64,000 nucleotides of DNA from an uncultured bacterium (GTDB lineage Bacteria > Krumholzibacteriota > Krumholzibacteriia > JACNKJ01). A program made the translations under genes and the position numbers. The notes under the pieces were generated by a model, which had not been told where the DNA came from, made no database searches, and saw nothing but the letters and a program-made list of their open reading frames with translations. Location: contig CAYFNT010000019.1 of the NCBI GenBank assembly GCA_964344565.1, positions 6,196-70,195 of the forward strand, written 5' to 3'. How positions within the stretch are numbered: the first letter of the stretch is position 1; every line of letters begins with the position of its first letter. Shown piece by piece: positions 36,454 through 45,537 of the stretch.

Positions 36454-36882
36454 ATGGATCGCATGCCATTGCCGAAATTCCGTTTCCTGCTCAAGTGGGA
36501 GGAGTGTGCGATTTCCTTCAGCGAGGTGACGGGCCTCGACAGCGAAGTCGAAGCGGTCGAGTATCGGGGAGGCGGGGATCCCGAGTTTTCCCCGATCACG
36601 ATGCCTGGATTGCAGGAATTCTCGAACCTTACCCTGAAACGCGGATACGGTGAGGGTGGACCGCTCATAGACTGGATCAAGGAGATCCGAAGCAACGTGA
36701 TCAAGCGATATGCCATGACCATCCAGCTGCTGGACGAGGATTCCCGGCCCGCCATGACCTGGCAACTCACGAACGCCTTTCCGGTGAAGATCGAGGCCTC
36801 CGATTTGAACGCATCGGAAGGGGAATTCGCCATCGAAACGCTGGAGCTCGCTCACGAAGGAATCAGGATCAACACTCCCTGA
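36454..36882 (+). CDS. Contractile tail tube protein (T4 gp19/eCIS Cis1-like)
   Basis: KFRFLLKWEECAISFSEVTGLDSEVEAVEYRGGG...NLTLKRGY...IETLELAHEGIRIN matches the tail-tube family pattern. Start trimmed to MDRMPLP with an AGGGGG RBS. Confidence 0.8.
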   Translation: MDRMPLPKFRFLLKWEECAISFSEVTGLDSEVEAVEYRGGGDPEFSPITMPGLQEFSNLTLKRGYGEGGPLIDWIKEIRSNVIKRYAMTIQLLDEDSRPAMTWQLTNAFPVKIEASDLNASEGEFAIETLELAHEGIRINTP

Positions 36883-36935
36883 GCTCTCCCGGATGGGCGT
36901 TCCATCTCGCGGAGGCCGTACCGGTAAACGCTGCT

Positions 36936-36965
36936 GGCCCGCTCCCGCGGGCCTTGACTTTCGGC
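36936..36965 (+). terminator. Hairpin ggcccgc-tccc-gcgggcc followed by TTGACTTTC. Weak terminator after the tube gene, overlapping the next promoter.
   Basis: Perfect 7-bp GC stem followed by a modest T tract. Confidence 0.35.
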
Positions 36966-36982
36966 AATAAAGAGCATATGTT
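36954..36982 (+). promoter_or_regulatory. Sigma70-like promoter TTGACT-17-TATGTT upstream of the DUF134 gene
   Basis: ccTTGACTttcggcaataaagagcaTATGTTcataat, about 20 nt before the ATG at 37004. Confidence 0.45.
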
Positions 36983-37003
36983 CATAATCGAAAGCGAGGA
37001 GCC

Positions 37004-37387
37004 ATGCCCCGTCCCCCCGTCGAAAAGACCATTCCCGCCGATCTCTCCGAGCGCGTCTTCAAGCCCCGCGGATTGCCGGCGAGCCGGGCCGAGCGCGTGG
37101 AACTGTCCCTGGACGGACTCGAGGCCCTGCGCCTGGTGGACCTCGAAGGGCTCTACCAGGAGGCCGCCGCCGAGCGCATGGGCGTTTCGCGGGCCACCCT
37201 GTCACGGGTCCTGGAAAAGGCGCGACGGGCGGTGGCCCTGGCACTCGTGGAGGAACGGATGCTCGTGGTGGAGGGCGGAGACGTGCGCCGCAGCAGGCGC
37301 AAGCGCTGGCCCTGTCCGGTCCACGGGCAAGGGCAGCGTCGCGGCCGAGGCTGCCGCTGCGGAGGAAGACATGGAAAGGAGGCCTAG
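37004..37387 (+). CDS. DUF134/UPF0251 family DNA-binding protein (sigma-70 region-4-like HTH)
   Basis: LSLDGLEALRLVDLEGLYQEAAAERMGVSRATLSRVLEKARRAVALALVE, a classic DUF134 signature. This family is often found next to NifX/NifB-like Fe-Mo cofactor-domain genes. Confidence 0.75.
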   Translation: MPRPPVEKTIPADLSERVFKPRGLPASRAERVELSLDGLEALRLVDLEGLYQEAAAERMGVSRATLSRVLEKARRAVALALVEERMLVVEGGDVRRSRRKRWPCPVHGQGQRRGRGCRCGGRHGKEA

Positions 37388-37498
37388 ATGCCTGGACGTG
37401 ACCGAAGCGGTCCCCAGGGCAAGGGGGCCCGAACCGGCAGGAGCGAAGGCTCCTGCGGCAGCGAGAATCTCATCATCTGGAATCGGAAGGACAGGAAA

Positions 37499-37939
37499 GT
37501 GACATCGAAGAAGCGCACCATCGCATTGCCCTGCGCCGGCGAAGGAGGCCTCGAGGGCCGGCTTAGCGACCATTTCGGACGCTGCCGAAACTTCACCCTC
37601 GTGGATATCGAAGACGGCGCCATTTCCGGACACCGGGTGATCGCGAACCCCCTGGCCGCGAATCATCCCCATGGACAGGCTCCCCGATTCATCGCCGAGC
37701 AGGGGGCCCAGGGCGTACTGGTCCGGGGCATCGGACATCGCGCCTGCGAGATCTTCGAGGAACTCGGCATCGAAGCTCGCCTCACCGATGCGGACACCGT
37801 CTCCGCGGCGGTCGACGAGCTCCTGGCCGGCAATTCGAAGAAGGTCGAGCCCTGTACGGGCGGGCATCAGGGGCGCGGTCACGGCCATGGCCACGGACAC
37901 GGTCGCCATCGAAATGCGAGATCGGGGAAACCCGAGTAG
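37499..37939 (+). CDS. Dinitrogenase FeMo-cofactor-binding-domain protein (NifX/NafY-like, PF02579-like) with a His-rich C-terminal tail
   Basis: IALPCAGEGGLEGRLSDHFGRCRNFTLVDIEDG motif. C-terminal HQGRGHGHGHGHGRHRN. GTG start at 37499 with an upstream purine-rich stretch preferred over the non-conserved ATG at 37388, which is the track start. Confidence 0.65.
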   Translation: MTSKKRTIALPCAGEGGLEGRLSDHFGRCRNFTLVDIEDGAISGHRVIANPLAANHPHGQAPRFIAEQGAQGVLVRGIGHRACEIFEELGIEARLTDADTVSAAVDELLAGNSKKVEPCTGGHQGRGHGHGHGHGRHRNARSGKPE

Positions 37940-38136
37940 CTCAATGCCGTAAGCGAGGGGCAATCGCAGCGCCCCTCGTGCTGCCCCTGCCCGATCCCGG
38001 TTCACAGCGAAGCCCGGGGTCGGGCTTTTCGATGCAAATCAAACCGCTCGTTTCGGGGAAGTGCCGCGTCGTTCGACTCGGCTTTTCCGTTGAAGATCAG
38101 CCCCGCGAGCGTCTATACAGGTCGTGGAGGTCCTCC

Positions 38137-40149
38137 TTGCCCACCTACCTCACCGCCTGTCCTAGAAACTGCTATAGCACCTGCACGCTTCGCGTGGAGC
38201 TCGAGGACGGGCGCCTCCGTCGAGTTGAACCTTTCGAAGGCAATCGCGCCACGCCCGAAGGGGCCTGCCTCAAAGGCCTCAGCTACGTCGAACGGGTTCA
38301 TTCGCCCGATCGCATTCTCCATCCACTCCGCAAGACGCCGGGTGGCTTCGAGCGAATCAGCTGGGAAGAAGCGCTGGGAACCATCAGTGAGAATCTGAAA
38401 CGCCTCCGCGCCGATCACGGTCCGAAGTCGCTCTTCTACTACGCGGCCAGCGGCACCAAGGGCATGCTGAACGGCGCCGGCATGGAGTTCTGGCGACGCT
38501 TCGGCGGCTGCACGACGATCTACGGAGACCTCTGCTGGCCCAGCGGTCTGGAGGCCACGCGACTCACCCTCGGCGAGAACAAGCACAACGTTCCCTGGGA
38601 TCTGGAGAACGCGCGGCTCATCGTGCTCTGGGGGAAGAATCCGGCGGAGACCAATGTCCACCAGATGCCCTTTGTCGAGAGAGCGCTGTCGGCGGGCGCT
38701 GAACTGGTCGTCGTGGATCCGCGGCGGACCGAATCGGCCGAGCGGGCGGGCATGCTCGTCCAACCCCGGCCGGGCACGGACGGCGCGCTGGCTCTTGCCG
38801 TGGCGAACTTGATCATCGATAGGGGTGGCGTCGATGAGCCCTTCGTGGCCGATCATGTTCTCGGCTTCGACCGCTTCGCGGAGCAGGTTGCTTCCTTCAG
38901 CCCCGATCGGGCGGCCCGGATCTGCGGAGTTTCCGTGGGGGAGATCGAACGGCTCGCCGAGCTCTTCGCCACGATACGTCCCGCGAGCATCAGCGCCGGT
39001 TTCGGCATGCAGCGATACAGCAACAGCGGACAGACCATGCGCGCACTGCTGTCCCTGCTCGCCATCACGGGCAACATCGGCAAGCCCGGCGCGGGATGGA
39101 TCTACGCCAACCTTCAGAGCCACATCTTCGGCGAGAAGGATCCCGTGGCCTCCTATCCACCCGAAGGCGTGGAAGGTCCGGTGCGGGTTTCCGTCTCAAC
39201 GGCCCGCCTGGGCGCGGACATGTTGGCCCAGCGCGATCCTCCATTGAAGGCGGCATGGGTGGAACGCGGCAACCCCATGAATCAGAATCCCGAGAGCGGC
39301 ACGGTGGCGCGGGCCTTCGAGGCGCTCGACTTCGTGGTGGTGGTGGAGCAGTTCCTCACCGATACGGCGCGGGCCGCGGATATCGTGCTTCCCGCAAAGA
39401 CCTTCCTCGAGCAGACCGACGTGATCACGGCCTACTGGCATCCCTACATCCAGCTCAAGCCCAAGGCGATGGATCCGCCTGGCGAGGTGAGGCCCGAAAC
39501 GGAGATCTATCGCGGTCTGGCCCGCTTGCTCCAGGTGGATCTGGCCGGGGCGATCCCCGGCGCCGACGAGATCGAGGGCTTTCTCGACGAGCGCCTCTCG
39601 CCCCACGGCCTGAGTTTGGCGCGGCTGCGCGAGGGTCCCCAGCTTCCTCCCGGGCATCAGGACATCGCCTTCGCGGACCTCGAGTTCGAAACGCCCAGCG
39701 GCAAGATCGAATTGCTTTCCAGGGAAGCCATCGAGCGCTGGGGATTGAGCGAACTGCCCGACTTCGCCGAGGCCACGGAGTCGGCGGGCAGCGCGAAGTT
39801 CCCGCTGCAGATGCTGACCCCCAACACGAAGAACCGCATCCATTCGCAGTTCGGTGATCTGAAGCTGATGAGAGCCCTCGAGCCCGAACTGCTTCTCACC
39901 ATGAATCCCGTCGATGCCGAAGAGCGGAGCATCGAGGATGGGGACCGCATTCGCGTGTTCAACGATCGCGGGGCCTTCGAATCCAGAGCGCGCTTGGGCT
40001 TCGGCATTCGCCGGGGATGCGTCTCGGCGCCCAACGGATGGTGGCGCGCGGCGGGAACCGTCAACGACTGTTCTGCGGGACGCGAGACCGACATGGGCCA
40101 CGGCGCGGCATTCCACGACAACTTCGTCGAAGTGGAGCCGCTGACATGA
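38137..40149 (+). CDS. Molybdopterin (bis-PGD) oxidoreductase catalytic subunit of the DMSO-reductase superfamily, no Tat signal
   Basis: N-terminal 4Fe-4S motif CPRNCYSTC...GAC and MopB-type domains throughout. No RRxFLK motif. TTG start 6 nt after GGAGG is preferred; the track ORF begins at 37978. Confidence 0.75.
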   Translation: MPTYLTACPRNCYSTCTLRVELEDGRLRRVEPFEGNRATPEGACLKGLSYVERVHSPDRILHPLRKTPGGFERISWEEALGTISENLKRLRADHGPKSLFYYAASGTKGMLNGAGMEFWRRFGGCTTIYGDLCWPSGLEATRLTLGENKHNVPWDLENARLIVLWGKNPAETNVHQMPFVERALSAGAELVVVDPRRTESAERAGMLVQPRPGTDGALALAVANLIIDRGGVDEPFVADHVLGFDRFAEQVASFSPDRAARICGVSVGEIERLAELFATIRPASISAGFGMQRYSNSGQTMRALLSLLAITGNIGKPGAGWIYANLQSHIFGEKDPVASYPPEGVEGPVRVSVSTARLGADMLAQRDPPLKAAWVERGNPMNQNPESGTVARAFEALDFVVVVEQFLTDTARAADIVLPAKTFLEQTDVITAYWHPYIQLKPKAMDPPGEVRPETEIYRGLARLLQVDLAGAIPGADEIEGFLDERLSPHGLSLARLREGPQLPPGHQDIAFADLEFETPSGKIELLSREAIERWGLSELPDFAEATESAGSAKFPLQMLTPNTKNRIHSQFGDLKLMRALEPELLLTMNPVDAEERSIEDGDRIRVFNDRGAFESRARLGFGIRRGCVSAPNGWWRAAGTVNDCSAGRETDMGHGAAFHDNFVEVEPLT

Positions 40150-41492
40150 GCCGTCCGGCGTTTCGCTTCGACCTGAATCGCTGCACGGGATGCGCCGCCT
40201 GCCAGGTGGCCTGCATCGTCGAGAACCGGTTGCCCTTCGACCGCAGTTGGAGGCAGGTTGTCGATGGCAATGCCGCCGGAAGGCCCGACGCGCCGGCCTT
40301 TCACCTGTCCCTGGCCTGCAATCACTGCGAGGACGCGGTGTGCATGAAGGCCTGCCCCGCCTTGGCGTATTCGCGGGATCCGGACACGGGCGCCGTGCTC
40401 ATCGACGCGGAGAAGTGCATGGGCTGCGCCTATTGCTCCTGGGTCTGTCCCTACGACGCGCCGAGCTACGATGAGGACGCCGGTCTCATGGAGAAATGCA
40501 CCTTCTGCTCGCCGGGTCTGCGCGAGGGGCAGGAGCCCGCCTGCGTGGCCTGGTGTCCCACGGGAGCCCTGGACATGGGGGAAACGCGGGAGGGATCGGA
40601 CGGCCAGGGCATACCCGGTTTCGCCGAGGCTGGCCTGGGGCCGGCCATGGAAATCAGCGGTCTAGCGGAAGGACGAGTCCTTCCCGACATGCGGCCGGAC
40701 CCCGAAGCCCAGGCACTCATCGATGCCATGGGCCTGCCCGCAGCGGCCGGGCCGAGGGGCTTCAGCCTGAAGAAGGAGTGGAGCCTCCTCCTCTTCACCT
40801 GGCTGGCGCCCGCCCTGGCGGGCAGCCTGATGGTGGCGCCTCAACTCGGCGAGAGATTGAATCCCTACCTCTTCGCAGGCGTCGGCATCGCGCTGATGCT
40901 TCTGGCCGCCATGCACCTGGGGCGAAAGGGTCGAGCCTGGCGGGCGATTCTCGGTTGGCGGAGCTCATGGCTCAGCCGGGAGATCATCCTCTGGCCGGCC
41001 TTCGTCGCCGCCGCGTTCATCTGCCTGATCTTCGATCTTCCTGCGCCATGGATCCTGCCGGCCTTGGTTCTGGGCGCCGCCTCGCTCTTGTCCATGGACG
41101 CGCTCTATTCGGCCATCGACGCGGGGCGCGGCCCGAAGGTCCACAGTGCATCGGTGCTGCTCAGCGGACTTCTCTACGCCGGTCTTCTGTCGGGGAGCCG
41201 CGGCATGGCCGGCGGGGTGCTGCTGGTGAAGCTCGTTCTCTACCTTCTGAAGAAGATCAGGGCTGTCGGCGAGGGTCATGCTCTGCGCCCTGGCCTGGCG
41301 CTGACGCGAGCCTTCTTCGGCTTTCTGATTCCCATCCTGGCCTTCTCGGCCATGGGCGCCTCGCTCATGGCCATGGTCCTCCCGGCCCTGCTCCTGGCCG
41401 AACTCGTCGATCGCACGGAGTTCTACTTGGACCTCGAGCTGGGCTCGCCAAGACGACAGATGGACCTCGACCTCGGGGAGAAATCCAACTAG
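40147..41492 (+). CDS. Four-cluster 4Fe-4S ferredoxin subunit (DmsB/PsrB-like) fused to a polytopic membrane anchor (DmsC/NrfD-like)
   Basis: Four Cys clusters (CTGCAACQVAC, CNHCEDAVCMKACP, CMGCAYCSWVCP, CTFCSP...CVAWCP) followed by about 6-8 hydrophobic helices. ATGA overlap with the catalytic subunit gene. Confidence 0.8.
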
Positions 41493-41718
41493 GTAATCCG
41501 AAACACTAGTCTGCTCGGCCACTACAGCGAGAATCTCTTGAGCAGCCTGTTCCTCGTGCCATCGGCCGATGGGAACTACGTAGACGGCATGGTGCTGGAG
41601 CGCCGACACGGAGTTCCGCGGTTGGCGCTGCAGGATTCCCTATCCCGTACCCCTCACGGAGATGATCTGGAGACTCAAACTTCCCGGTAAGTAATCCTCC
41701 GATTGTTTGCACGGGAAA

Positions 41719-41750
41719 GGCCGACTCCCTCGGGAGCCGGCCTTTTTCTC
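41719..41750. terminator. Bidirectional rho-independent terminator between convergent operons
   Basis: ggccgactccc-tcg-ggagccggcc stem followed by TTTTTCTC on the plus strand, with an A run preceding it for the minus strand. Confidence 0.7.
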
Positions 41751-41761
41751 GCTGGATCGTA

Positions 41762-43771
41762 TCAGCAGCTGGCGTCGAGGATCTCGGCGATGTCGAGAGC
41801 CTTCATGTCCTCGCGGTCGATGTCCTTGAAGCCGTCGCTCATCATGGTCACGCAGAAGGGACAGGCCACGGCCACGGTTCCCGCTCCCGTCTCCACGGCC
41901 TCCTCGGCCCGGTTGATGTTGATGCGGCTGCCCAGGGTTTCCTCCATCCACATGCGACCACCGCCCGCGCCGCAGCAGAAGCCGTTCTCGCGGCTGCGCG
42001 GCATTTCCACGAGATCCACGCCGGGCACGGCCTTCAGAGCCTGGCGGGGCGTATCGTAGATGTCGTTGTGGCGACCCAGATAGCAGGAATCGTGGTAGGT
42101 GACCTGGCCGGGACCCTCGCCGCTGGGCTTGAGCTTCCCGTCGGCCAGCAGTTCGTTCAGGAAATCGGCGTGGTGAACGACCTCGTAGTCACCGCCGAAT
42201 CCCGGATACTCGTGGGCGATGCTGTTGAAGCAATGCGGGCAGGCGGTCACGATCTTCTTCACCTTGTAGCCGTTCATCACCGCCACGTTGGCCTCCACCT
42301 GCATGGCGCCCAGGTACTCGTTGCCGATGCGCCGGGCCGGATCGCCGCAGCACTTCTCTTCCTGTCCGAGGATCGCGAAATCCACGCCCGCCTTCTTCAT
42401 GAGACTGGCGAAGGCCTTGGTAATCTTCTGGCTGCGCTCGTCGAAACTGCCAAGGCACCCGACCCAGAAAAGCAGTTCGGCGTCGGGCTTCTCGGCGAGG
42501 GTGGGAATCTCGAGGCCCTCGGCCCACTTGGCCCGATCGGTGTAGGGGATCTGCCAGGGATTGTGATTGGTCTCGAGGTTCCGCAGGCTCACCTGCGCCT
42601 CCGTGGGGAAGCTGGACTGCATCATCACCAGGCTTCGACGCAGGTCCACGATCTTCTCGATGTGCTCGATGAACACGGGACAGGCCTGCTCGCAGGCGCC
42701 GCAGGTGGTGCAGGACCATAGGGCGTCGGTGCTGATCACGTCGCCGATGAGCGCGCGCTTCGCCTCGTCAGGCGCATCCTCTCCCAGTTCGCCGCCCGCC
42801 TCCAGGAGGGCCGAACCCTTTCCGATGGCGTGGGCCTTGGCGTGGTGGATGAGACCGTAAGGCGTCAGGGGCTTGTCGGTGGTGTAGGCCGGGCAGTGGG
42901 CCTGGCAGCGTCCGCACTCGGTGCAGGCGTAGTGGTCGAGGATCTGCTTCCAACTGAAGTCGGCCAGTTCGTCCTTGCCGAACTTGGTGGCCGTCTCATC
43001 GGCGAAGTCGATCTTGCTCAGAACGGCCCTCGGTCCGAAACGCCGGAAGAGGATGTTCGGCCCCGCCATGAGAATGTGCAGGTGCTTGCTCATGGGGATG
43101 AAGGCCATGAAGAACAGGATGGCCAGGGTGTGCACCCACCAGTAGATGAGCACATGGATCTCGCCGCCGCCGGAGAAGCTCTGGAAGAATCTCGAGATGG
43201 GCGACCACTTCATGCTTTCCACGTCGCCGGCGAGGTTCGCTTCGGCGCCGCGGGCCAGCCACATGAAGACCACCAGACCCAGGATGAGCGTGAGGATGAA
43301 GAGGGCTTCCTTCGGCGCGTGTTCATCGTCGGTCTCGAGACGTTTGGGCTTCTGCACCAGGCGGCGGTAGTAGCTCACGAAGATCGCGAGGACGACGGCG
43401 AGGCCGAAGAGATCCAGCAGGGCGCCGAAGGCGGCATAGCCGCCCATGCCGATGATCTGGGCGTAGGTGAAGTGGGGGGCGAAGCCTCGGATGAAGGTTT
43501 CAAGGGTGCCCAGACTCAGAATGATGAAGCCCCAGAAGATGAAGAAGTGGCCGATGCCGTCGCGCTCGGCGACCACGCGTCCCTGTCCGAAGAAGAACTT
43601 GAAGATGCCGCCGATGCGGGGGCCCCAGTCGGTGAACCGGTTCTGTTCCTCAACTCCCTTGCCGATCCGCAGGATGCGCACGAGCCGCCGCACCACCATG
43701 ACGAAATAGACCAGAGTGCCGGCGAGGACGAGGGCGAAGACGAGATTGCTCGGGAACTGACCGGGCAGCAT
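41762..43771 (-). CDS. Membrane-bound HdrD/GlpC-like CCG-domain Fe-S oxidoreductase fused to a NarI/HdrE/DsrM-like cytochrome b domain (HdrDE/DsrMK-type)
   Basis: N-terminal 5-6 TM helices with conserved His. Two 4Fe-4S motifs ([24 protein letters not shown]) and two Cys-rich CCG domains (CLGS...CCG and CGAGGG...CPFC). Confidence 0.8.
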   Translation of the reverse strand: MLPGQFPSNLVFALVLAGTLVYFVMVVRRLVRILRIGKGVEEQNRFTDWGPRIGGIFKFFFGQGRVVAERDGIGHFFIFWGFIILSLGTLETFIRGFAPHFTYAQIIGMGGYAAFGALLDLFGLAVVLAIFVSYYRRLVQKPKRLETDDEHAPKEALFILTLILGLVVFMWLARGAEANLAGDVESMKWSPISRFFQSFSGGGEIHVLIYWWVHTLAILFFMAFIPMSKHLHILMAGPNILFRRFGPRAVLSKIDFADETATKFGKDELADFSWKQILDHYACTECGRCQAHCPAYTTDKPLTPYGLIHHAKAHAIGKGSALLEAGGELGEDAPDEAKRALIGDVISTDALWSCTTCGACEQACPVFIEHIEKIVDLRRSLVMMQSSFPTEAQVSLRNLETNHNPWQIPYTDRAKWAEGLEIPTLAEKPDAELLFWVGCLGSFDERSQKITKAFASLMKKAGVDFAILGQEEKCCGDPARRIGNEYLGAMQVEANVAVMNGYKVKKIVTACPHCFNSIAHEYPGFGGDYEVVHHADFLNELLADGKLKPSGEGPGQVTYHDSCYLGRHNDIYDTPRQALKAVPGVDLVEMPRSRENGFCCGAGGGRMWMEETLGSRININRAEEAVETGAGTVAVACPFCVTMMSDGFKDIDREDMKALDIAEILDASC

Positions 43772-43921
43772 GGGAGCTCCTTTCGTAAACAGGATCGCCA
43801 GGTCAAGTTAATCGGGATGGGTAAGTTGCTCAAGTAGGAAACATGGAATGGGTCTGTACTGGAATGGGATCTCCCCCTCCGAACGGAGGGGGAGCGTTTC
43901 ATTTCACCTGGATAGTCGCCG

Positions 43922-45409
43922 CTACTTGATGAGCACGAGCCGGATGATCTCCGATCCCTCCCCGGCCCGGATGCGGCAGAAGTAGACGCCGCTGCTCCGG
44001 TCCCGGCCGAGCTCGTCGCGGCCGTTCCAGTCGAGAGTGATTCTCCCCGGGCCGGCATGCTCATCCAGAAGAGTCGCGACCCTGCGTCCGGAGATATCGA
44101 AGATCTCCACGACCGCATGGGCGGGTTCTTCGAGACCGAATTCGATACGCGTGCTCGGATTGAAGGGGTTCGGGGCGGCGCTTGCGGCGAATTCCTCGCG
44201 GTTCATCGATCCGCAGGCTCCCCAGGCTCCCATTAGGCCGCAATCGTTGTTGTCGGGCAGGCAGGGGGAGTCGGGTTGGAGGAAGGGACGATAGTCGAAG
44301 GTCGTGCAGATGAGCGGATCCTCGCAGATATTGCCGTCCACGCCGAGGAGCTCGAGGATCACCGGCGTCCAATCTCCGGCTGGGTTTCCGAAGAAGTTCG
44401 AACAGGAGATCAGCGGCGGATCGTCGAGCCAATACTGGTAGATGGCCTGTCCCTGGATCGATCCAGCGATCAGACACTTGTCGATCTCGACATAGGCCTC
44501 TTCGGTGATGCCGATGTTGCCGCCTCCGGATACGACATTGCCGAAGAAACTGCAGCTCTCGACGCGGTGCACTCCCAGATCCAGCAGAACCGTGCTGCCG
44601 CTGTATCCGTCGTTTGCGACGAACGTGCATCCCAGGAGAGTTCCCCGGCACTTGTTCAGACTGATCGCGTGTCCGCCAGCCCAACCGTAGTTGTCGTAGA
44701 AGATGCAGTCCTCGATCAGGAGTCTGCCGGAATCGTGGGCGGCCACGCCGCCTGCGTTGATCGTCCGGTTTCTCTCGAAGAGCGAAGCGCCTATCCGACC
44801 TCGACTGCCGCTCGTCACCGCCACGGTTCCCCAGCAGCCCTGTTGGTGGTGGCCGTTTTCGATGAATCGACAGTTCTGAATGTCGACATGCGAGTCGTTG
44901 ACGAAGCAGATGGCAGATCCGCCGGTACCCGCCCCGGCGATGTTGTTCATGAAGAGGGTATCCTCGATGCGGGGACGCGATTCGCTGAAGAAGAGGCCGC
45001 CGCCGGGGCTTTCGCTGCGGTTGTCGAAGATGACGCAGTTTCGAATCGTCAGTGAGGATTCAGTGAATCGGCCGGCGCCTCCGTGGAACTCGTCCGCGTG
45101 CGTGAAGGTGATTCCCTCGATGAGGGTGCTTCCGTCCAGGCCGACGCCTCGAATGCAGTAGCCTTTATCCATGGCGTCGACGGTGACGCATTCGGGATCG
45201 CCGGAACCGCTCCGCAGCGTGACGCCGCTTTTCATCTCGAGGTGGAATTCCTCGTAGATGCCGCAGGCCACCTGGACGGTGTCCCCCCGCTCGGCCAGTT
45301 CGATGCCGGCCTGGATGCTCGGCGCATCCGTTGGAACGTGGATGATCAGGGAGTTCGCCGGAACGGCGCAGAGCATCAGGATCGATAAACGAGTCAGGGT
45401 CTTTCGCAT
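43922..45409 (-). CDS. Secreted right-handed beta-helix protein, paralog 3, carrying a T9SS-type C-terminal sorting domain
   Basis: Signal peptide MRKTLTRLSILMLCAVPANS. PbH1-like repeats and a Cys-rich region homologous to the 25381 and 26909 proteins (NFFGNPAGDW...DSPCLPDNNDCGLMGAWG). C-terminus EIFDISGRRVATLLDEHAGPGRITLDWNGRD...GVYFCRIRAGEGSEIIRLVLIK is a T9SS CTD. Confidence 0.75.
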   Translation of the reverse strand: MRKTLTRLSILMLCAVPANSLIIHVPTDAPSIQAGIELAERGDTVQVACGIYEEFHLEMKSGVTLRSGSGDPECVTVDAMDKGYCIRGVGLDGSTLIEGITFTHADEFHGGAGRFTESSLTIRNCVIFDNRSESPGGGLFFSESRPRIEDTLFMNNIAGAGTGGSAICFVNDSHVDIQNCRFIENGHHQQGCWGTVAVTSGSRGRIGASLFERNRTINAGGVAAHDSGRLLIEDCIFYDNYGWAGGHAISLNKCRGTLLGCTFVANDGYSGSTVLLDLGVHRVESCSFFGNVVSGGGNIGITEEAYVEIDKCLIAGSIQGQAIYQYWLDDPPLISCSNFFGNPAGDWTPVILELLGVDGNICEDPLICTTFDYRPFLQPDSPCLPDNNDCGLMGAWGACGSMNREEFAASAAPNPFNPSTRIEFGLEEPAHAVVEIFDISGRRVATLLDEHAGPGRITLDWNGRDELGRDRSSGVYFCRIRAGEGSEIIRLVLIK

Positions 45410-45494
45410 TTCAACCGCCCTTTCCCACATCAGTCTGATTATGTAGCTATTCTAGCAGCTTCCTCCCTTCGGGTAAACCGGCCCAGTATTCAAT

Positions 45495-45516
45495 GCGCCC
45501 CCGTTAGCGGGGGCGC
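45495..45516 (-). terminator. GC hairpin gcgccccc-gtta-gggggcgc downstream of the small membrane protein gene (weak U tract)
   Basis: Perfect 8-bp stem. Low confidence because the trailing U tract is poor. Confidence 0.3.
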
Positions 45517-45537
45517 AGCAGCTTGAGCGATCTGGGC

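Noticed and set aside
36886-37003. Possibility that further phage structural genes follow the tube gene
   Set aside because: The region holds a GC hairpin and a promoter-like TTGACT-17-TATGTT. The next genes (DUF134, NifX-like) are metabolic or regulatory, with no baseplate or spike candidates.
37388-37498. ATG at 37388 as the start of the NifX-like protein, and ATG/track starts at 37978/38032 for the Mo oxidoreductase
   Set aside because: The N-terminal extensions are low-complexity and non-conserved. In-frame GTG (37499) and TTG (38137) starts have upstream purine-rich/Shine-Dalgarno sequences and give proteins that begin at the conserved family cores. This remains uncertain without alignment.
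37978-40149. Selenocysteine, or a Tat signal, in the Mo-bisPGD catalytic subunit
   Set aside because: No in-frame TGA occurs in the coding region and no RRxFLK-type motif is present with any candidate start. It is called as a Cys-type, Tat-independent enzyme.
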